Shown here piece after piece: positions 57,194 to 64,000 of a stretch of 64,000 nucleotides of DNA. The stretch is from an uncultured Chloroflexia bacterium (GTDB lineage Bacteria > Chloroflexota > Limnocylindria > Limnocylindrales > CSP1-4): the NCBI GenBank assembly GCA_963763075.1, contig CAVXNF010000001.1:216862-280861 (forward strand), given 5' to 3'. Under the pieces are notes generated by a model, which had not been told where the DNA came from, made no database searches, and worked only from the letters and a program-made list of their open reading frames with translations. The number at the start of each line of letters is the position of its first letter. Positions within the stretch are counted from its first letter, which is position 1. The translations under genes were made by a program, and so were the position numbers.

Positions 57194-58248
57194 CGGCCGA
57201 CCAGCCGGGCGATCGCGGGCCCGAACGGCGGCTCGAGCACGCCGCCGTCGGTGACGAACGCGGTGATGAGCCCGGCCGGGGTGACGTCGAAGGCCGGGTT
57301 CCAGACGTCGATCGCCTCGGGGGCGACCCGCCGGCCGCCGAGCGCCCTGACCTCGTCGCCGTCGCGCTCCTCGACGACGATCGCGGCGCCGTCGGGGAGG
57401 CTCGTGTCGAACGTGCTGCGCGGCCCGGCCACGAGGAACGGGATGCCGTGGTGGCGGGCGAGGACCGCCAGCCCGTAGGTGCCGATCTTGTTGGCGGTGT
57501 CCCCGTTCGCGGCAACCCGGTCGCAGCCCACGATGACGGCGTCGACCTGCCCGGTCGCCATCGCCGCGCCGGCCGCGCCATCGACGACGAGCCGGGCGGG
57601 AATGCCGGCCTGGGCCAGCTCCCAGGCCGTCAGGCGGCCGCCCTGGAGGAGCGGCCGGGCTTCCGTCGCGATGACCCCGTCGAGGCGACCGGCGGCATGG
57701 AGCGCGTACACGATGGCGAGCGCGGTCCCGTCGCCGCCGGTCGCGAGCCGGCCCGTGTTGCAGTGGGTAAGGATCCGGCGCGGGCCCTCGAGGTAGGCGA
57801 CCGCCGTGCGGCGGCGATCGCCGCGCAGGCGGCCGCGTCCTCGGCGTGGATCGCCCGTGCCTCGGCCAGGGCCGCGTCGCGGATCGCATCGACGTCGTCC
57901 GGGGCGGCGGCGACGGCACCGGCCACCCGCTCGACCGCCCAGCGGAGGTTGACCGCCGTCGGCCGGGCGTCGCCGATGCGGTCCGCCAGCCGGCGGCGTC
58001 TCGGCCCGCGCCGCCGGCGCATCCGCGAACGCCGCGCTGCGCAGCCCGAGCGCGACGCCGTACGCCCCCGCGATGCCGATCGCCGGAGCGCCGCGGACCG
58101 CGAGCGTCCGGATCGCGTCCACGACCTCGTCGACCGTGCCGAGGCGCCACTCGACGAGCGCGTCGGGCAGGCGGCGCTGGTCCACGATGACGGGGGCGTC
58201 ATCCGACCAGGCGATCGCGGCGAGGCGGGAGGCGGATTGCAGGGGCAC
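57190..58248 (-). CDS. mtnA: Methylthioribose-1-phosphate isomerase
   Basis: 'DQRRLP', 'VRGAPAIG', 'RPTAVNL', '[11 protein letters not shown]', '[14 protein letters not shown]', '[11 protein letters not shown]', 'NPAFDVTP'. Confidence 0.95.
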   Translation of the reverse strand: MPLQSASRLAAIAWSDDAPVIVDQRRLPDALVEWRLGTVDEVVDAIRTLAVRGAPAIGIAGAYGVALGLRSAAFADAPAARAETPPAGGPHRRRPADGGQPPLGGRAGGRCRRRRPGRRRCDPRRGPGRGTGDPRRGRGRLRGDRRRTAVAYLEGPRRILTHCNTGRLATGGDGTALAIVYALHAAGRLDGVIATEARPLLQGGRLTAWELAQAGIPARLVVDGAAGAAMATGQVDAVIVGCDRVAANGDTANKIGTYGLAVLARHHGIPFLVAGPRSTFDTSLPDGAAIVVEERDGDEVRALGGRRVAPEAIDVWNPAFDVTPAGLITAFVTDGGVLEPPFGPAIARLVGR

Positions 58249-58252
58249 GGAT

Positions 58253-58366
58253 ACCTCGATGGATCGAGGCCGGGCCCTGGGTGCGGTACCGGCCTCAGGT
58301 GGTCTGGAGGCCGGGCGGGCGAAGCGGAGGGGTCAGTCCCTCGACGCCTCGCCGGACAGCCCGGCC
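58253..58366 (-). promoter_or_regulatory. Alternative hairpins of a putative translational attenuator
   Basis: Overlapping complementary segments linking the uORF 3' half to the mtnA RBS (see findings). Confidence 0.6.
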
Positions 58367-58422
58367 GGACACATGCACATGGGACACGTGCGACACGGGC
58401 TCAGGCGGACCGGGGTGGACAT
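58333..58422 (-). CDS. Leaderless Cys/Met-rich leader peptide (29 aa; not in ORF track)
   Basis: MSTPVRLSPCRTCPMCMCPAGLSGEASRD*; TATAGT -10 hexamer (58430-35) 7 nt before the ATG. Confidence 0.7.
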   Translation of the reverse strand: MSTPVRLSPCRTCPMCMCPAGLSGEASRD

Positions 58423-58677
58423 GGGCGGGACTATACGGGACCCCACCAGCGGTCGAGCGTTGCGATCCGGTGTCGGTTACGACGGAACAGGACCCCGCAG
58501 CGCCGGGATCTGAACGGGGACGGCGGCCCGTGGTGCGTCCCCGCACCACCCCGGGTGGGCCATCCGGGTGAGGGTGCATCGGGGCACCAGTGGGACGTTC
58601 TTCCCGTGGCTCGGATCGAAGCCGGTGCCTACGGTGTGGACCAGGAGCAACCCTCCTCGTCCTGTCGGAGAGCTGTC

Positions 58678-59629
58678 GTGCACTTCCCCCTCGCTACCGC
58701 CCTGCGTCGCGCCGCCCTCGCCCTCGCCGTGGCGGCCACGCTCGCGCCGCTGTTCGCGCCGCCGCCTGCGAAGGCCGCGGACCTGACCGGCTTCTACACG
58801 GACTTCGCGTCCGAGGAGCTGATGCGCCTGACGAACCTCGACCGGCGTGCCCTCGGCAAGTCCTCGCTCAAGGTCGACCAGTTCCTCGTGTCGCTCGCCC
58901 GTGACCGCGAGTTCAAGTGCCCGTCCAACGGCAACACGTACCGCGGCCGCGCCCGGGACATGGCCGTCCGCGACTACATGAGCCACTCGGTCAAGGGGTG
59001 CCGCAAGAAGAACGGCTCCCCGTTCACGATCCAGACGATCCTGCGCAAGCACGGCTACTCGACCTACACGGGCGAGAACATCGGCGTCAACAACTGGCCG
59101 GACACCGGCGCGACCTACAAGTTCGGCTGCTCGTCGTCCGGGTCGGGCTGCGACGGCACGACCACGAGCACCGCGCCGGTGGCGACCGTCCAGAAGATGT
59201 GGATGCGCAGCTCGGGTCACCGCTACAACATCCTGGCCGGCTACGACCGGTTCGGCTGCGCGGCGTGGAATCGCAGCGACGGGCAGAAGTACTTCGCCTG
59301 CATCTTCGCCAAGGGCGGCCCCAAGCCGATCGACGGCAGCTGCGCCGTCCGTCGGCAGCCTGTCCGGCGACGACTCGCTGCGGCGCACCGACAAGGCGAC
59401 GTTCAGCGCCAGCTTCGGCGACGGCTTCCGCCTCTCGGACGGCTCGGTGCAGATCGACGGCTCGACGAAGTCCGGCTGGTCCTACGACCTCAACGTGACC
59501 GGCGACACGCGGCGGTACACGGTCGACGCCGCGTCGCTCTCGACGGGGACGCACACGCTCACCTGGTCGGTGCGCGACGTGGCGGGCCACGTGACCAAGA
59601 AGAGCGTGACCTTCACGATCGGCTCCTGA
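58678..59629 (+). CDS. Secreted CAP/SCP-domain protein with C-terminal Ig-like domain, one frameshift
   Basis: Signal peptide; 'LTNLDR', 'DMAVRDYMSH', 'GENIG', 'WMRSSGHRYNIL'; 'LSTGTHTLT.SVRDVAGH'. Confidence 0.82.
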
Positions 59630-59675
59630 CGGCGGCGGGGACGACGGCCACCGGGGCCTCGGGACCCGCGCGTCG

Positions 59676-60346
59676 CTAGGCGGGCTGCTCCGCCCACAGC
59701 CCGCGGACGTGCCCGATGTGCGAGCGCATCACCGCCTCCGCGCCGGGCCCGTCGCGAGCCTCGATGCGGTCGAGGAGCTCCGCGTGCTCGTGCCACGAGG
59801 CGAACAGCGCGTCGCGGTGCGACTCGTCGCGCAGGCCGTAGAGCCGGGAGTGCATCCGCAGCGAGCGGACGAGCTCGACGATCCGCGGGTTGCCCGCGAG
59901 CTCGAGCAGCGCGAGATGGAACTCGAGGTCGAGCGCGACGTGGGCGACGAAGTCACGCCGCGACGCCGCCTCCTCGATCTCGTCGGTGAGCGGCCGGAGT
60001 CGCGTCGAGGTCGGCGGCCGGACACGCCGCGCTCGGCGAGCGCGCGGATCGTGGGCACCTCGACGAGCGCCCGCAGCTCGGTCACGTCGTCGAGCTCCTC
60101 GGGCGACGGGCTCGTGACCCGGAAGCCCTTGTTGCGCACGATCTCGACGAGCCCTTCCTTCTCGAGGTCGAGCATCGCCTCGCGGACGGGCGTCGCCGAG
60201 ACGCCGAACTGCTCGGCGAGGCTGGGCGCGGAGTACGTGACGCCGGGCTCGAGCTCGCCGGCCATGACGGCGGCGCGCAGCAGCTCCGTGATCTCCTCGC
60301 GCAGGCTGCGGCGCCCGCGGAGGGACGGCAGCCCGGCGGCGGTCAC
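59676..60346 (-). CDS. GntR/FCD transcriptional regulator (HypR-like)
   Basis: 'GELEPG..YS..LAEQFGVSATPVREAM', 'DLEFH', 'EHAELL'. Confidence 0.9.
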
Positions 60347-61348
60347 AGCTCGAAGCCCTCCGGGAACGGGTCGCGCGGGTCGAGCATGTACTGGGCGGTG
60401 CCCGTGACCCAGGCCCGGCCGGTGATCGTCGGCACGACCGCCGGCACCCCGCCGACCTGCGTCTCCTCGACCAGCCGGCCGATGAACGTCGTGCCGATGA
60501 ACGAGTCGTTGCGGAAGTCCTGGTGCAGCGGCAGCAGGCCGCGGGCGTGGAGCTGGGCCATCCGCGCGGACGTCCCCGTGCCGCACGGCGAGCGGTCGAA
60601 CCAGCCGGGGTGGATGGCCATCGCGTGGCGGCTGTGGCGGGCGTCGGAGCCGGGCGCGGCGAGATACACGTGGTGGACGCCGGCGATCTCGCGGGTTCTC
60701 GGGATGGACGGGCGGCGCGGACGGCGTTGATCGCGGCCATGATCTCGAGCCCGGCGTCGAGCAGGTCGTCCTTGCGCGCGCGGTCGAACGGCAGGCCGAG
60801 GTCGTCGAGCTCGACCAGCGCGTAGAAGTTGCCGCCGTACGCGAGGTCGTAGCGCACGTCGCCGAACCCCGGGACGTTCGCGATCGCGGTCCGTCGCGAC
60901 GCAGAACGACGGCACGTTGCGGAGCGTGACCGACATCGCGCGCGCCGTCCTCGACCGCGACGTCGACGACGACCAGCCCGGCCGGCGTCTCGAGGCGGAT
61001 CGTCGTCACGGGCTCCGTGACCTCGACCATGCCGGTCTCGACGAGGACGGTGGCGACGCCGATCGTGCCGTGCCCGCACATCGGCAGGCAGCCCGACACC
61101 TCGATGAACAGCACCCCGAAGTCGGCGTCGGGCCGGGTCGGCGGCTGGAGGATCGCGCCGCTCATCGACGCGTGGCCGCGCGGCTCGTACATGAGCAGCT
61201 TCCGGACGTGGTCCAGGTGCTCGAGGAAGTACCGCCGGCGCTCGAACATCGAGGCGCCCGGGATCACGCCGATCCCGCCCGTGATCACGCGGGTCGGCAT
61301 GCCCTCGGTGTGCGAGTCGACCGCGTGGAAGACGCGCTTCGTGCGCAT
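60343..61348 (-). CDS. Proline racemase family, probable 4-hydroxyproline 2-epimerase
   Basis: 'DSHTEGMPTR', 'EPRGH', Cys/Cys pair 'MCGH' and 'DRSPCGTGT'; frameshifts. Confidence 0.88.
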
Positions 61349-61352
61349 CGGG

Positions 61353-62290
61353 TCAGGCGACGCCGGCCGGGGTGCGCTCCGGGGCGAGGCCGGCCGCGAT
61401 CGCGGCCTCCGTGTCGCGCGCGGACCCGGGCGTCCTGCTCCGCGGTGAGCGGCTCGCGCGGCGGGCGGCACGGGCCGCCGTACCGGCCGACGAGGTCCAT
61501 CGACAGCTTGATCGCCTGCACGAACTCGGTCTTCGAGTCCCAGCGGAGGAGCGGATGCAGCTGGCGGTAGAGCGGCAGCGCGGTGTCGAGGTCGCGCGCG
61601 GTCGCCGCGGCCCACAGGTCCGCACACGCGCGCGGGAACGCGTTGGGATAGCCGGCGACCCAGCCCGGCGCGCCCGCGATCGCGAGCTCCAGGACGACGT
61701 CGTCCGAGCCGCACACGACGTCGAGGCCCGGGGCGAGCTCGTTGACCTGGTAGATCCGGCGCACGTCGCCGCTGAACTCCTTGACCGCGACGATCAGGCC
61801 CTCGTGCCACAGCTCCGCGAGCAGCTCCGGGACGAGGTCGACCTTCGTGTCGAACGGGTTGTTGTAGGCCATGATCGGCAGCCCGGCCTTCGCGACCTCG
61901 CGGTAGTGGGCGACGACCGCGCGCGGGTCGGCGCGGTAGCTGTTGGGCGGCAGGAGCATCACGCACTGGGCGCCGGCCTCGGCGGCCTGCTCGGCCCACC
62001 GGCGCGCCTCGTCGGCGCCGTACGCCGCGACGCCGGGCATGACGGTGAACCCGGCGGGCGACGCCTCGACGGCCGTCGTCACGACGCGGCGCGCGGTCCG
62101 CGGCGCTCAGCGTCTGGTACTCCCCGAGCGAGCCGTTGGGGACGACGCCGTGGGACCCGTTGTCGGCCAGCCAGCGGACGTGGTCCGCGTAGGCGTCGAA
62201 GTCGGGCTGGAGCTCGCCACGGGCGTCCGGGCGCATCGGCAGGGCGGTCGCGACGAGGATCCCGTGCCAGGGCGTCGTCATCGGGGTCAT
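61353..62290 (-). CDS. DHDPS/NAL-family protein, probable pyrroline-4-hydroxy-2-carboxylate deaminase
   Basis: 'NGSLGEY', 'MAYNNP', 'AVKEFSGD', 'FVQAIKL', 'CRPPR'; gene context. Confidence 0.82.
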
Positions 62291-62326
62291 GGCGTGTCTC
62301 CTCGAGCAGTCGGTCCGTCGTCGTCG

Positions 62327-62362
62327 CAGTGCAATGTTACATGGTACTGAGCGCGGATGCAA
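62327..62362 (-). promoter_or_regulatory. Sigma-70-type promoter overlapped by a probable GntR operator
   Basis: Minus strand TTGCAT-17nt-TAACAT; cagtgcaatgttac with ATGT-T-ACAT dyad over the -10 box. Confidence 0.65.
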
Positions 62363-62366
62363 GGGG

Positions 62367-63912
62367 TCAGCTCGCGTCGTCGCCCGCCGCGAGCACGCCG
62401 AGCGGGACCGGCTGGGCGATCGGTCGGGCGGCGAGGCCGGCGACGTCCGCCGCGGTGACCGCCCGTCCGGCCCGGTCCGCGACGAGGCACGCCGTCGCGT
62501 AGCCGCAGACGCGGCCCTGGCACAGGCCCATGCCGGGCCGGGCGAGCAGCTTGACCGTCCGGGCGTCCGTGGCGCCGAGGTCGGTCATCGCCTCGTCGAC
62601 CCGGCCGGCGGTGACCTCCTCGCAGCGGCAGACGATCGTCTCCGGCGTCAGCCAGCCGAGCCAGCCGCGCGGGCACCGGGAACGCCTCCTGGAGGGCCGC
62701 GGCGAACGCGCGGCCGCGGTCCCGTCGACCGCGGGCCTGTCGCGTCGCGCCTCGATCGATGGTCCGCCGCAGCGCGGTCGCCGCGGCCGCGAGCGCCCGC
62801 GATCTCGCCCTCCGCCTGCGCCAGGTCCGCCCCGCCGACGCCGGTCGCCTCGCCCGCCACGAACACGCCGGCCACGGTGCTCGCCTGGTCGTCGTCGACC
62901 GTGGCCACGAGGCTGCCATCGGCGTCGAGGACGTGCGCGCAGCCGAGCTGGAGCGCGAGCTCGGGCTGGGGCGTGAACCCGTACCCGACCGCGACCGCGT
63001 CGCACTCGAGCGCCTCCTCCGAGCCCGGGACGATGCGCCAGCCGGCGTCCAGCCGGGCGACGCGGACGCCGGTGACCACCTCGTCGCCGATGGCCTCGAT
63101 GACGGTCGAGCGGGTGCGGTACGGGACGCGGTGTGCGCGCAGCGCCCGCAGGTAGCCGGCGCCCTCGCGCAGCTTCGCCGCGTTCCGCAGCACCGTCAGC
63201 GGGTGACGCGCGAAGGCGGTCGGCCGCCCGGCCTCGAACACGCCGACGACCGTCGCGCCGGCCTCGGCCAGCCCGGTCGCGACCGGCAGCAGGAACGGCC
63301 CGGTCCCCGCCACGACGATGCGCTGCCCCACCACGACGCCGTGCCCCTTGAGCAGCGCCTGCGCCGCGCCGGCGGTGTAGACGCCGGGCAGCGTCCAGCC
63401 CGGGAACGGGAGCTGGCGGTCGTACGCGCCGGTGGCGAGGACGACCGTGCGCGCCCGGACCTCGCGGCTCCGGCCGCCGTCCAGGCGCGTGGACGACGAA
63501 CCCGTCGGCGTCCGCGCGTCACGTGCCACACCTGGACGCCGGCGAGGTGGACGAGCGTGCCCGCCGCGACCGCGGTCCCGGCGGCGTCGCGCAGGCTCGC
63601 GAAGGCCTGCCAGTCGTGGTGCCGGGTGCCGTCGTCGCCGGGGCGATGCCGCCAGTACTGCCCGCCGAGGCGCGGCGCGCCGTCGAGCAGCACGACCCGC
63701 GCGTCGCCCGCGACCGCCGCGACGGCCGCGGCGAGGCCTGCCGGGCCGGCCCCGATCACCGCGACGTCGAACGGCGCGGCCGGTGCCCCGCCGGTGTCGA
63801 ACCAGCCGCCGTCGTCCGCCTCGGCGACATCGGCAGGGGCCGTGGCGGCGCCCGTCACGCCGGTCGTGGGGCCGACGCCGGACGCGGGGATCTCAGACGG
63901 CCCGGTCGTCAT
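62367..63912 (-). CDS. FAD/NAD oxidoreductase with BFD-like [2Fe-2S] domain (D-hydroxyproline dehydrogenase/opine oxidase alpha-subunit-like), frameshifted
   Basis: 'IGAGPAGL', 'LGGQY', 'LATGAYDR..PFPGWTLPGV', 'VCRCEEV', 'GMGLCQGRVC'. Confidence 0.85.
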
Positions 63913-64000
63913 GCCCCGTCCCGTGCTGGGTCGTGACGACGTCGCCGGGCGCCGCCTCGACGAGGCACGCCCGCTGGTTCGGCCTGCCGTTGATCGTCGC
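63893..64000 (-). CDS. C-terminus of the [2Fe-2S] small subunit (partial at window edge)
   Basis: 'ATINGRPNQRACLVEAAPGDVVTTQ..*', overlapping the start of the downstream gene. Confidence 0.7.
   Translation of the reverse strand, partial: ATINGRPNQRACLVEAAPGDVVTTQHGTGHDDRAV

Noticed and set aside
58560-58655. RNase P-like snippets (gggtgagggtgc, ggagcaa) or a c-di-AMP riboswitch
   Set aside because: The universal GAGGAAAGTCC and 3' RNase P motifs and the ydaO core are missing, and the region is too short.

Overview
Very high-GC bacterial chromosomal window, probably from a soil or freshwater Chloroflexota (Limnocylindria-like) or actinobacterial genome (inference from gene content). Many genes are split by single-base indels, most simply read as long-read assembly errors. 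I found no rRNA, tRNA, CRISPR array, transposase or integrase. Main blocks: (1) a carbohydrate ABC permease pair, where the first permease appears fused to a GT-C (ArnT/PMT-like) glycosyltransferase; (2) many methionine/SAM-cycle genes: metH, mmuM, a divergent ahcY, acdS, and an mtnA-mtnB-cupin-mtnK-ABC importer operon; (3) an ~18 kb block (27.0-45.2 kb) around a MalT-type LuxR regulator, in which all four divergent promoter regions carry the palindrome TCACCY-N5-GGRTGA. This block encodes a P-type ATPase lacking the usual acidic ion ligands, a holin-like/ABC1 kinase fusion, CYTH and CYTH-Ppx proteins, a K+ channel and MoxR-DUF58-VWA; (4) a peptidase S51 domain joined to a CysRS C-terminal domain; (5) a hydroxyproline-catabolism cluster with a GntR operator. 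The strongest unannotated signal is a leaderless 29-codon Cys/Met-rich uORF (58333-58422, minus strand). It is followed by mutually exclusive hairpins that could hide or free the mtnA ribosome-binding site, making it a candidate ribosome-stalling attenuator for methionine salvage.
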